Shown here piece after piece: positions 1 through 12,906 of a stretch of DNA of 64,000 nucleotides; the stretch's first letter is position 1, and the number at the start of each line of letters is the position of its first letter. Both the position numbers and the translations under genes were made by a program. Under the pieces are notes generated by a model. That model searched no databases. It worked only from the letters and a program-made list of their open reading frames with translations, and was not told where the DNA came from. Location: assembly GCA_021613535.1 (NCBI GenBank), contig CP075494.1, positions 4,278,001-4,342,000 on the forward strand, in the 5' to 3' direction. Source of the stretch: Adineta vaga (Eukaryota > Animalia > Rotifera).

Positions 1-118
1 CTTGTTTAAGTACAGATGTATATCTTCCTCGATATTCTTTCAAACCCCATCCAGCAATAATAACTGTTTTATTAGGATAAAATGGAGAAGATAATTGCAA
101 GCATTGACAGGTTGTTTG
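1..118 (-). other. Fragment of a trypsin-like serine protease coding sequence, running off the left edge (exon or relic)
   Basis: Minus frame reads CLQLSSPFYPNKTVIIAGWGLKEYRGRYTSVLKQ, resembling the S1 protease CL..IAGWG..S.VL.Q segment; a stop lies just upstream and no clean acceptor was seen. Confidence 0.4.
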
Positions 119-1185
119 TCATTTTGAACATTCGAATAAAAATAAATATTATGAATTACGAACATATAATGATAACAAAGATGTTATTTCTTGGGCACTA
201 TGTTTTATTTAATTAATATACAGGTAACTATAGGGAAAAACGACCGCATAAGTTTTAAAAAAATGAAAGTGTATGTATAATTCTAAGTAATGTGATATAA
301 TCGATTTCCTCCATGCTTTGTATTCAATTCCATGTAAAAAAGAACTAATGGAGAATATGATTAAAATCGATTTTTTTCGAGAAAATCAATAAAATCTGTC
401 TTGATATGTCATTTTGCGATTAAATTTGATCCATTAATTGATTTTAACGGATTTTTCAAGTTTTAATTCATTATAACACCGAAAATAAATCAGTTTCAAT
501 AGATTTTTTGTCTTTAATCTGTTAAGATCGATTTTAATAACGCTCTAGAAAAACTATTTTCTTGCGTTCTCAACCATCTGCCAGATTTCTCGACCTTTTT
601 TTCGTAATCCTCTCACCGACAAATAGTAGGTACGGTAGCAGAGCAATCTGTTTCCCCTTGTCATACTTCGACCGATACCGATACTATCGTTTGATATTCA
701 TCCACACATGAAAAAATACTACTGATCTTGATTTAAGTCGATTTTTTTCTGACGAAGAATCTGATTATCGCCTGATGAAAATCGTACCATTTATTTTTAC
801 ATGGGAATGTGACTTTTATTGAATGAAGAAAAAAAATTTATTACCCTCATTAATGGCGGATCTGAGCTGTGTCTTACTTACCTATAGTAATCATGAAAAA
901 GTTTTCTGTTTTCAAAAACATTTTTTTAATAAGATCATAAGACACAACAAAGAATAGGATATTATCCAAAGTAATCTACTCGAATTACATAAGGGAAAAA
1001 ATCCATTTCTATTGCAGACATTGAAGTTTAATGTTTTTAATCATTATTTGATCGAAAGAGGATTAACAGATGTTTATAGCATATTATGTTCCTCATTTCA
1101 AGTAATTTTGTCTCTATATACTTAGGGATTTTTCACACAAAAATAAATATTTTATTACAAACCTGGGAGATTTTTGTTCTAATGG

Positions 1186-1194
1186 TATATAAAA
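1186..1194 (+). promoter_or_regulatory. Putative TATA box
   Basis: TATATAAAA about 50 nt upstream of the ATG at 1241; the AT-rich background weakens the call. Confidence 0.35.
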
Positions 1195-1240
1195 CCAATG
1201 GAGTGAAGAAATAAAAGCAGTTCTTTTCATTTATCCTCAA

Positions 1241-4200
1241 ATGTCGAATTCAACTACACAAGATTTAATTGTTGATGGAGCAGAATTAAGCCATCCAATA
1301 ACCATCAAACGTGGTAAAACATCACGCATACATCAAGTTGTTGCATATCCAACGCAGTTAACAAGAAAGACAACAAATGGTTTTGCTGATGGAACAACAA
1401 CACCCGATGAAAAAACTGTAAAAAAATGTCGATGGCACACTGCCGGTATCATTCGATTTCATCTGAATCCTGAAACGAATAAAATCTATGAAGCACGACC
1501 AAGTTTACATGAATTAGAAATAACACTTGAATGTCTTCTCGACGAGTCTCATAAAGAACAATTAGCTAAACGAGCTGAACAAATCTATGGTTTAGAATTT
1601 ACAGCTGATAATTTTGTTATTTGTCCATTTCAAACATTTATGGCACAATTAACAGTTCCTATGGATGGAATTCCGAAAACATATTATGGTGTTCTTGTTG
1701 ATAATAAAGAATTACATCCAATGAGAATTATTTTTGACATCAAAGATCCAAATGAAATCAGCGAAATTGCTTCAAAACTTGATCATCCACGTGATCATGA
1801 TATTGTCTTACGTTATGATTATAGTTTAAGTGGTACATCAACAGCTCGTGCAGCGTTAACAATCAGTGCTGAAGATATCAACAAAATCGATTTAGAAAAA
1901 CAAGTTTTTGGAAAGAGTGAAGCTGATAGTATGGTAGTAAGTCGATCAGTAATGGATAAAATTACAGCAAGTATCAGTACTCAATTGAGAGTTGTAGAAG
2001 ATATTGGTGTAGGTGGATCATCATTTGGACAAGATTTAATTCAACAAGAAATTGCTCGAGCCATGTCTTCAAGTGGTTTTCAAAAGTTTAGTATGGATGA
2101 TATAATACAAATGAAAAATAATGATATGGAAATTAGTGATGATCTTAAAGCGAATATAATTAATTCAACATCATCAAATAATTCCGATAGTTCATCATCA
2201 AGCCATCATAATATTGATCAATCATCATCGGCTAATTCATCGGACATGCTACATGAAAAAAGTGATTCGAATCGAAATGCAGGTGGTCAATCGACTAGTT
2301 CATCAAGTAGTTTTGGATTAAATGCCACGATTGGAGGTTTCGGCGGTGGATTCAATACGAGTAGTTCCAATTCACAGGCGACAAATTTCGATAATTCAAA
2401 CAGTTCAGCGAATAAAGATCATGAAATACTATCTAAACAATCTTCAAATTTGAATGATAATTCTGCTAGTAATTCAAGTTCTACTTCGCGAAACAATGCT
2501 GTGCAAGGAGAAATACGACAAGTAAAAGATATCGATGCAGCAATAGTTCGTCGATCCGAAATTTCAAAAGGTTTTACAATTTCATTACAAAGATTTCATC
2601 ATCAGTTGGCGACAACAAGTATTAAAGGTCGATTAACAACAAAAGTTGATACAGAAATATTGGAAGATATTCAAGCAAAAGAACAAGCAGAACGAGAAAA
2701 ACAAGCAAAAAGAGAAGAAGAAGAAAATAATGCAAAGGAAAGAGCATTACGTCAAGAATTAGGTTAGATGATTAAACAACGAAAATCCGTATAGATCGTA
2801 TTTTCTTTTAGAACTAACACCGCAACAAATTGATGATTTATTGCACGAAATTGATAGTCTCGATGAAGATCAATTAAAAGAAATGTATAAAGAATTTGTG
2901 ATATTATGGTAAGTAAAGAAGAATTGATAATTATGAAATAGTTTATTCGTCTCTTTTTTTTTAGTCCTAATGGAAAAATGTCTCGAGAGATTTTTACTAG
3001 TTGTTTTCAAAAATTACATCCAGGGTAAATTTTAATCGAAATTTCTCTTTCTTTATGTGTCTTTGTTGTTGTTGTTGTTGTATAGTGGAAAGGTGAATAA
3101 TTATTGTCGTTATTCATATAGCGTATTTGATACAGACAATACTGGAGCAATGAATTTTACAGAATATGTAAGAGCGATGCATGCACATGGATCGGATGAT
3201 ATCGAAGAAAGTCTTCGTTTGGTAAAAAGATAGATAAACTTATTATTTGAGATTTTTCCAAAAAAAAGTATTTATTTTATAGGCATTTGATGTATTTGAT
3301 TATGATAAATCTGGAAAAATTGATCAAAAAGAAATACTTCATATATTAACAGCGACAGGTGATCTTCTTGGACGACCATTAGAAACAGCAAATGCAAAAA
3401 CACTTGCTAAGAAAATTTTGGATACTTGTGATAAACAACGAAATGGTAAAATATCAAAAGAAGAATTTGTAAATGGGTAAATTCATCTTTTCGAAACTTC
3501 TCTCATACTGAACATTCATCTCTTGTTATAGCTGCAAAAATATCAAAGAATATTGTCAATTCTTAATACCAAATTTTGAACAAGGTAAATCAACATTGGT
3601 AGTATAAAGAACGGATAGAAAATGAATTTGAAATTTATATTTTAGTTGTCACATCTCACGATCCAAATTATCAAGGAGATTTAGAATATGGTAAAAAGAA
3701 TGGACAAGGCGTTTACACTTGGCCGGATGGTCGCCGATATGAAGGCCAATGGAAAGAAGATAAACAACACGGAAAAGGTACTTTGAAATGGCCTGATGGC
3801 CGTCAATATGAAGGAGATTGGTTAGATGGTGTTAGAAACGGACAAGGTATCGAAACTTCAGCTGATGGCGATAGATTCGAAGGTGAATGGAGAAGTGATA
3901 AGAAGAACGGAAAAGGTATCGAAACTTCAGCTGATGGCGATAGATTCGAAGGTGAATGGAGAAGTGATAAGAGGAATGGAAAAGGTGTTTACATCTGGTC
4001 AGATGGTCGACGATACGAAGGACAATGGAAGGATGATCAAGAAGGTAATACAGGTGTTTATGCTTGGCCCGATGGTCGACGATATGAAGGAGAGATCAAA
4101 GACGATGTCAAACATGGATATGGTACCGAAACCTTGGCCAACGGTGACCGTTACGAAGGACAGTGGACAGATGCCAAGAAAAATGGGAAAGGCGTCTACA

Positions 4201-4670
4201 TCTGGTCGAACGGCAATCGGTATGAAGGAGACTGGAAAGACGATATCAGAACTGGAAAAGGTGTTTTCATCAACTCCAAAGGGAACCGGTATGAGGGAGA
4301 CTACAAGAATGATAAGATGAATGGAAAAGGTGTTTACATCTGGGCTGACGGTGATCGGTACGAGGGAGATTTCAAAGACGGTAACAGCCACGGAAAAGGC
4401 GTTTTTACCTCGACTGATGGTTCTCGGTATGAAGGAGGCTGGAAAGATGACAAAAAGCACGGAAAAGGTGTTCAAACTTTTGCTAATGGTGCTAAATTCG
4501 AAGGGGAATGGCAAAATGGTGAACGAAATGCAACTGGTCGTTTAACCTTAACAAATGGTACGTACTATACAGGACATATTAGTGATGATTTCATTAAACA
4601 AGCAAAAAATAACCAAGTACAAGGAAATCAATGCAATCAAGTTCAATGGACTTATTATACTTCATCATAG
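1241..4670 (+). CDS. 7-exon fusion protein: unknown N-terminal domain with Ser/Asn-rich tract and coiled coil, neuronal-calcium-sensor/recoverin-type EF-hand domain, MORN repeats
   Basis: Exons 1241-2762, 2812-2908, 2965-3024, 3086-3221, 3283-3476, 3532-3584, 3646-4670 splice in frame through GT-AG introns; CPNGKMSRE, FDTDNTGAMNFTEY, AFDVFDYDKSGKIDQKE and CDKQRNGKISKEEF are NCS EF-hands; then repeated YEGxWxxxKxxGKG MORN units. Confidence 0.85.
3844..3973 (+). repeat. Recent 69-bp-period tandem duplication of one MORN unit
   Basis: AAGGTATCGAAACTTCAGCTGATGGCGATAGATTCGAAGGTGAATGGAGAAGTGATAAGA occurs at about 3844 and 3913. Confidence 0.9.
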
Positions 4671-4977
4671 ACTCTATGATATCGAGTTATCACTTTATCT
4701 ATTATTTTATTCAAATTCATATTGCTTCACATTTTACTTATACTTTACCAATTAGAAATACAAAAGTTTATTGTTGTATTTCTAAACATTGACATCAGGT
4801 TTTTCACATTTGGTAACATCTGTAGAAATACTAAGAATGAATGAAAAAAAAATAGAAATTTAATGTATGCAATACAATTCCATGTATCTTATCAGATAGA
4901 TGAGATTGATGTGTTAATATGCTATCGCCATTCACATCCGCAACAATATTTTCTCCACATCACTACAAACACTTCAG

Positions 4978-5049
4978 ATCCATGTAGTCTAGCGGTTAGG
5001 ATGTGGCGCTTTCACCGCCAATACCCGGGTTCAAATCCCGGCATGGATA
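4978..5049 (+). tRNA. tRNA-Glu (TTC)
   Basis: Acceptor ATCCATG/CATGGAT, D arm GTCTAGCGGTTAGGAT, anticodon stem TGGCG/CGCCA with loop CTTTCAC, T arm CCGGG-TTCAAAT-CCCGG, oligo-T terminator just downstream. Confidence 0.92.
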
Positions 5050-5213
5050 TAATTCTTTTTTCCATCATTCAATATTACATCATATACTTTTGCATTCGTT
5101 TTCTTTACTTTCCCTTTTCGGTGAAAAAAATCAAAATGACTCATTGCTTTTCTTTGATAAGGAAAGAAATTATATACAGGTATAGAATAATCATAAAAAA
5201 CGAAAAAAATACT

Positions 5214-5285
5214 TCCCTCCGCTCGGAATCGAACCAAAATTGCCTGAGCTACAATCAGACCTGATGACCACTACATTACAGAGGG
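5214..5285 (-). tRNA. tRNA-like gene with GTA (Tyr) anticodon, intronless, weak D and T stems; possible pseudogene
   Basis: Reverse complement CCCTCTG-TA-ATGTAGTGGTCATCAG-G-TCTGA-TTGTAGC-TCAGG-CAAT-TTTGG-TTCGATT-CCGAG-CGGAGGG-A, followed by an oligo-T run. Confidence 0.7.
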
Positions 5286-7191
5286 ATGTTCTATTCTCTG
5301 ACGAAATAGCACAGCAATCAGATCAAAATATAGATGTTAAGATGTAAGGGTGAGAATCTATATGAGTACTTCTTCTCAATTCACACCTTCAACCTCAGCC
5401 ACCACCGATAGTTTTTCATAGCAAAACAACAGATCACTAACACAAAACAAAAATAGATATCAATACATGGAATCGCTATAATGGTAAACAAATTGAACAC
5501 AAGTGGGTCGCATTTGATTGAATGATCTGATGGATATAACTTATATGCCTGGAATTTCAGATGAAAAATTATTTAAAAAGCAAATATTTCTCCTATTTTT
5601 TCAATAATATCTCATAGCCCAAATAACCACATATAATAAGTGTTGCTATAAGTGGAAAGAGAAGTGAACAACGTACCTGCAAAGCAGAATTAGTGTATAT
5701 ATTACAACAACATGCGCTTGCAACTTCTATAAATATTTCACGATGCCTAAACGAAGTAACCATCAATAAGGTAATTTAGGTCCATCGACACATTGATCAA
5801 TTCGAATCTCCGCAAAAATAATTAAGGCCAAAAAGGACTCGACAGAATCATCGTGCATATGATCGCTTCCGTATGATAAGAAAAATGCCTTTGATTATTC
5901 GAAACATCTTGATACATTCTGAAAAGTGACAATATCTTAACAAACTTTAAAAGATTTTAGTGCAAAAAGCAAGTAGTAATGAATACAAAACAATCACTTC
6001 AACATCAAAAGAACACAGTAGGAAAAAAAAGAATCGATGAATAATGGATTCTTTCACATCTTTTTTTATACATACTATGTGTATGTCCTTCTACAGTATA
6101 ATTTTCTTTTATCGAATAAGAAAGGCGTATAAGTTATATCTATTGTGATATGGTAAAATCCAATAAGTCATTTGTTCTATTCCGTTCTTCACTTTTTTAC
6201 TACAAATCATAGGTATTTTGATTATTAATAGAGAAGATTGCTATATGATATTTCATGACCTATACATCATGTCATTAGAAGAAAGACAATCAAGTTGGTA
6301 TTATACATAGGAAAATCACCTGCATTTGTTGTTGTTGTCGTTGGTACAATGATTAGTGCATAGTCACTAGATCAAAGAAATTCGATGGGTCAAAATCAAT
6401 TTGATCACTTCACGAATTCGATCTAAATTCTGCATTGGATTACATTCAGGTTGAGCACATAAGAGAGATCGATGATCAAAAGAAGAAATAGGAAGATTAG
6501 TTGTCAAAAATGTCATCGAAAAGGTTAAATAATAATTAGCCATCGATGAATAACTTGCACATAGCACAGATGATGCATTTGTATTGGTCATACTTGATAT
6601 AAAACATCCTTTACTTTCTTCTATCGATGAACTTGAACATTCGGTAGTTGATTGGTTTGATGAATCTTCGATGGAAATGGACTCGAGAACACGTTTTAGA
6701 TAGTGGGTGAGTGTGGGTTTGAAAGAAGAAGAAATACCCACACCCTGAAAAAAACTTTTGTACATGTGGTTGAAATCCCATGAAAATACCCTCTCATATT
6801 GCCTGTGGTTGTGAAAATCAGCTATCGTAACTAACGTAAGAAATACTTGTTTAAAAAATATTTTTTCACAAGAATATATAGCAACAGTTGTCTACCACTT
6901 CTCTTTTGTTAACGCAATTGTTCTCTTCTTCAACGGAATGTACTTTTATTGATGCTGAAGGCCGTCTTTTTTTATTCTCTTTTGTAATGTTTAGAATTTT
7001 CAAATGGGAAAAAATCCTACATTGTTACAATGTTTGTTGACGATGAATGCCAATTCAAGAGTCTCAGTGGCGTTTCTCTGTTCTCTTTTCCTTTCATTTA
7101 CGCATATATATCACTCTCATTTTCTTTTCTTTCTATCTTCTTGGTTCATCATATTGTATGCTTTTGAAAACATTCAAGAGAAAAATTCACG

Positions 7192-10100
7192 ATGAAAACT
7201 AATTCAACGGCTATTCAAATGACACCGGTTCAGCCCTTTTATTCTCCTGAAATGGATTCAAGTTCTTCAGCATCATCATCATCATCAACAAAAGCGTCAG
7301 AAAATCTTCGTATACAGGAAGATAACGTGAAAAGTAATACTGAACAACAGAAGGAACTGTACATCATCAATCCTAAACCAAGCCATCGATCTCGTAAATC
7401 TGACCTATTTGATGAATTAATAGAGGTTTGTTCACACCTATGTCTGTATTCAATATAACTGCAGCTCTATAATGCAAAACTGTTTATAACATAGATTGTT
7501 CAGCATCCGGAAACAAGTAAAGACGAGTGGCCAAAGTTCGAGAAAAAATTAGACGAATATGTCATTGATCAGTATTCTTGTCTTTGTGTTCAATCGGCGC
7601 ACAAAAGAAAACGAAAATTTCTCCAACAATGCGACAAAAAGTTACTTTACCCCGTACATCACGCTGTCTTGAATAATAATCAGTTTATGTTTAAAACACT
7701 TTTCGAGGACTATGGTTGCGGTAAGCAAGAAGCTTTTTGGGTACCTTTTTTCTAGCAGAATTCAATGTGTACTGTTTTCATTGAACGGTTAACTAAGAGT
7801 GGGACTCAGTAATTAGATTACGATGAGAGTTTAGTGTTTCTTCTCCTTCTACCTACGTCTACCTACCCCTCATATAGACTGTAGAATTTTAAGGAACGTA
7901 AGGGATTTAATAACGTTCTACTAATGTAATAGAGTAAAGATATTGAATTACTTTTGATCCCACCATAAGCTTCGTCAACAACCTCCTCCTTACTTAAACC
8001 TACGCTCACAAGAAGATATTATTGTCATAGGAACTCTGACATTCAATTTATTTCATATTATACGTAGATATTAATATTCGTACGCTCGATTATGATACAG
8101 TACTCATTTTGGCAGCCCGAGCACGATCTATTTGGGAGCCTCAAACAGAAAAAAATGTATCGTCAAGTCAACCTGTTACATCTTCGAATACCGATCTGAG
8201 CGACAAAAAAACAGATCTAATCGAATATCTTTTAAATAAAGTATACGGTGGCAACGTAAACGCTATTGATGCATACGATGATGAACATCGAACAGCTGTA
8301 TGTACGCAAAAATGTTTTCTTCAGAGAATATTGTTTTGTTTATTGTATAGCTTCATCATGCAATCTTGCACCGACGATGGGATTACATGGTGCGGTTAAT
8401 TGATTTCGGAGCGGATATCAAAGTATAGTTTTTACATATCGTATAAAATTTGACCACATTTTTTTGTTTTTTCTAGATTAAGACTACACTCAAGGCAACA
8501 GTTCTTCATTTGGTTTGTTTTTGGGCTAAAGATGATAGAGAATGCTGTACACAGTTAAAAATTTTATTTAAAAAATTGGGCCAGCCGTATAATCAATTTA
8601 TTCTTCAGAAGGATACCGATGGTTTAACAGCTGTTTGTATTGCTGCAGGCCGATCTTTCGAGCAATCAGTTGAAGAACTTCTCAAAATGTATCAATGTTC
8701 ACCAGAAGATCAGTCTTGTGATATTGAATTAGAACATGGCGTTTCTTCAAACAACAAAAAGATTTTGGATAAAATTTATCAAAAACACAAATCGTGCTCC
8801 TACCACCAGGTAAATAGGAATGAGAATCATTCATAATAACTATGTTTGAGAGAAAAAACGAAGGAACCTGTTGTTTTACGAGAATTTTACTAAATGATAG
8901 TCAGTTAGTTGTCTTGACCAGTTGAATGCAGGTAATAAAACGAAATATTCCGGTATTTCAACCGATAATTAATGAAGATTTTTGAAAGTTTAAGAATTCA
9001 ATATGCTATTTAGCTTTGATAATCTATTTAAAAATATTCACTTCAAGAAATAACAAATAAATGTTCGACGTACTTGCTAACAACTATGCAAAATGGAAAA
9101 TCTTTTTTTCAACTTTAATATTATTATGTCTGATTCATAGGGAAAAGATACATACAAATATTTACTACATCTCGCTGCTAAATTTAACAACGATCGAGAA
9201 GTTTATGTTGGAGCGAATGATAATGAACATAATCAGCAACGGGATAATGTTTCACACATAATAAGTACCACATATAGCCCGAATGCTTGGGAAAAGCCAA
9301 ATGTTGAAGGCTATATGCCGGTGCACATTGCAGCACATTATGGTAACAATGCATTTATCCAGTATGCCATTAAAAATGTCAAGGATGGCAAAAAATATGT
9401 CTGTCAAACAACGCAAAATAGAAGAAAAATCAATGCATTACACATTTGTGCTGAACAGAGCATATCGTCTCCACTATCACCAGATGAAACCAAAACGGAA
9501 AAAAACACGTATGTATTTGAATGTGAATCAGTTTTTTTCAATTATCATATGAACTAAATTATCATTTATAGGAATACAAAACATCTGGAAATTTGTAAAA
9601 CTCTACTGTCACTGAATTCTCCGTATGTTGAGATATTATTTCAAGCAGGTGACAATGACAAAAATACTCCACTTCATCTTGCTGCTAGAAAAGACAACAA
9701 GGAAGTTTTCACATATTTATTAAAACATGGTAAAAAGCTGAAACATCCTAATTTAAAGGATGACAAAGAAGATAATATGTACGGAATAACTGAACCACAC
9801 AATTGCCGTGGCCGAACACCATTGTTTGAGTGTGCAGAATATAATCATATATCATTAATGGAAGAGCTATTGTCAACAGATGCCAATTCGAAAACATGGA
9901 AAGAAACACTTGATCAATTGAAAGATGAAAATAAAATAACATGCTTGCACATAGCGTGCAATAAAGGTAAATATAAAATATATAGAAAATTAACTACAAA
10001 GGGTCATAAGAAAAATCTTACAAGATCCACGAACATTTAGTAAACCTGCAATAAGATGCTTATGATATAGGATATGTAAAGAAGACGTGATATTTTCATC

Positions 10101-12542
10101 TGCTGCCTATTTCTAATAGATTTATGTAGTAATATCTTACTAATTGATGTCTCTTTTGATTGAGAAATGGATGATTCAAAGAATTCTTAAACAATGTAAG
10201 CAAGTAGTAAAGATTTAGTGCAACGAACTTTTGATAACAAATTTCAAGTGATGTAGACAGAGACTGCTCTATGTCTGATCTATTTTCTTCCGCATCAATA
10301 ATAGATCTTTTTGTTCATATTATTAGTGAACTTTATTTTTTATTCTAATCTATATGTAGGTAGTCTGGATGCTGTTAAATATCTTGTAAGTGAATGTCAG
10401 GTTTCAGTTAATGTTCGTGGAGCTAATCAGCAGACTCCATTGTATGGTGCTTGTGAATGGGGTTTTCTTAGTGTTGTACAGTATCTACTTGGTCATACGG
10501 ATGCCGATCCAACACTAAGAACGGCCAAAGGCTACAATTGTCTTGATATTGCCATCGCAAAACACCATCCTGAAATCGTCGAACGTTTATTGAAATATCC
10601 CGACTGGCGTACTTTAATGGAAAGTGTACAGTATGACGGTAGTGATGCACCGATTACACCTATGCGACGATTGATCATATCTATGCCAGAGATTGCCTAT
10701 GAACTTATTGATAAACATTTTAAAACAGTTATCGGAGATGCTGATCAACCGAAACATATTATTAAATATGACTATACATTTATTGATGATCATTACAATA
10801 TTTGTGATTGGCAGTTAGGTAAATATCTTTTGATTGTTGAGAGTGTGGGGTGTGGGGTGTGAGTGTGGATATATCTTATCCACCCACACCCACCCTCTTA
10901 TTCTCGTAAAATTTCGAAACGTATTGATTATATATTCTTATTCAGATGACCACGCTGAGCAATTAGGATCAAAGTGGAGAACATGGTTTAGATCTATGTT
11001 AAGTAAACTAGACTTACCTGAACGTCGTCATCCTTATACACCGATTGCCTACATACTACTTCGAAATCATCCCTTACTGCTGATGTCACAATGTAATCAA
11101 GAAAAACTAATGTCACATCCATTGTGCGTGGCATTACGCAAAGCTAAATTTCGACGATTTAGTCGATGGATACTTGCCTTGTTCTTTCTCAGCTATATTA
11201 TGTTTATGACTTTGTATACTGTGGTTGTTCTTCAAACAATTCATCCACAATATTATTACGATCTATATAATTCATCTGGAAATACGTCAGGTCAAATCAT
11301 CGAGTGGGATTATGGATTCAGTGAGAATCTCTGTCAACGGGTGGGAACTTATTTACTTGAATCAGGAAATACTGATGCACGAAAGACGACAAATCAACAA
11401 AGATATATATTCACGCTTGATGTTTTATTAATTGTATTTGTAATTAAAAATGCACTTTTTATACTAGCTTCATTTCCACGTTTTGTTCGTAAAATAGCAT
11501 ACTATACAGAAGGATGCGTTTTATTATTGGTATTTCTGTGTATCAGAGACGAACAAGCATGGCAACATTCCCTTAACTTTCGATGTCCAATTCAATGGGA
11601 ACTGGTATGTACTATATTGTTAATGAATTATAACGGTTCTAGAATAGTTTTCTACGAGCAAACTTAGAAACAATGATCTTTCACACATTGAAATCATTAT
11701 CAGAATATATTGTTTCGTAGGGCTCAATTGGTCTTCTATTATCTTGGTTGGTATTGCTCTCATATTTGCGTTACATTCCTTGGATGGATATTGGTCTATA
11801 TGTTGTCATGCTTGAAGTAATCTTTTTAAAATTTCTTCGAGCAATACCTCTTTTAATGGTACTCTTCTGTGGCTTTGGTTTCACTTATTACATGCTACTA
11901 CAATATGAAGCTGTCTATGCCACACCATTTGAAGCATTGTTTCGGACAACATTGAGCCTGTTCGACTCAGGATATGAAAGTCGACTTTATAACCCACCAA
12001 ATGATGTTATGTATTATCCCGTTATTTATTTCGTTTTTATTCTGACCGTAATTATTCTAACAATTCTTGTCACAAATATGTTGATTGGTAAGTTAATACT
12101 GTCAGAATTCTTTTACTTCATCTAATATATCCATGTAGGTTTGGCTGTAGGGGAAATTCCAACATTGAAAACACAGGCGGCGCTTCAACGAAATAAGATG
12201 TTATACGAACTCTTCTTCGACTATGAAGTCTTTCATCTTCAATTGAAAATAATAGCACGAGCTTTTTTATATTTCTTGACGTGCCGTGCATGTCGTTCAC
12301 GTTCAAATTCAAGCAATCAATCACGTCGTACTAAACGGGCTTTCTCCCTATACGAAGTTCATGTAAACAATGAAATCAACGTTGATGAATCGTTACAAAC
12401 TACAGGGTGTATAAAGAAATTTCTCAAGTGGCTTCGAGATACTGTTACAGAGGATGATATTCAATCATTAATAGTAGTCGAAAAAGAGTACAAAAAAAAT
12501 CATAAAGGAATGACCAAGGAAAACGATCAAGAAGACGAATAA
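7192..12542 (+). CDS. TRPA-like ankyrin-repeat cation channel, 11 exons
   Basis: Approximate exons 7192-7425, 7495-7720, 8068-8297, 8351-8422, 8477-8809, 9141-9508, 9572-9966, 10360-10818, 10946-11604, 11721-12087, 12139-12542 join in frame; many ankyrin motifs (TPLHLAA, MPVHIAA, TPLYGAC), TPMRRLI, HPL, six hydrophobic segments and NMLIGLAVGEI after S6. Confidence 0.9.
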
Positions 12543-12906
12543 AATGATGGTTGAAATACTTATGACTTTGATTTTTACACTATTTTATTTTTTTCTTGAA
12601 TAAATCCAGAAATTTGCATGAATTGTTGATTTTTCTTGATGAAAAACGGTACTCACCACGAGTGTCTCTACCAGATTTAATATATTTTCGTATAAAAATG
12701 TCCTTTCAGAATAGATATCCCTAAATCTGACGGTTTTTTTATGGTCCACATCCACAACCATACTCTTTTTTGAACTACCGACATCTATTATGCTATAAAC
12801 TGACAACTAAATTAGTATATTGTGTAAGTAAATATGAGTCATATTTTAGAGAACACGTGTGTTCTATTTTCTCTTCGTTTTTTCATATGAGAGTTAAAAG
12901 AAACTG

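Noticed and set aside
3826-4545. Overlapping alternate-frame and antisense ORFs
   Set aside because: Shadows of the repetitive MORN exon
4863-5264. ORFs of 133, 60 and 68 aa
   Set aside because: They overlap the two tRNA genes and have no protein-like features
5460-5780. Faint BAF-like peptide pieces (DITYMPGISDE, ISRCLNE)
   Set aside because: Several stops and too little similarity to support a call
6367-6765. 132-aa minus-strand ORF
   Set aside because: The 5' part runs through a TGTGGG hairpin; it may hold a decayed exon but no family is recognisable
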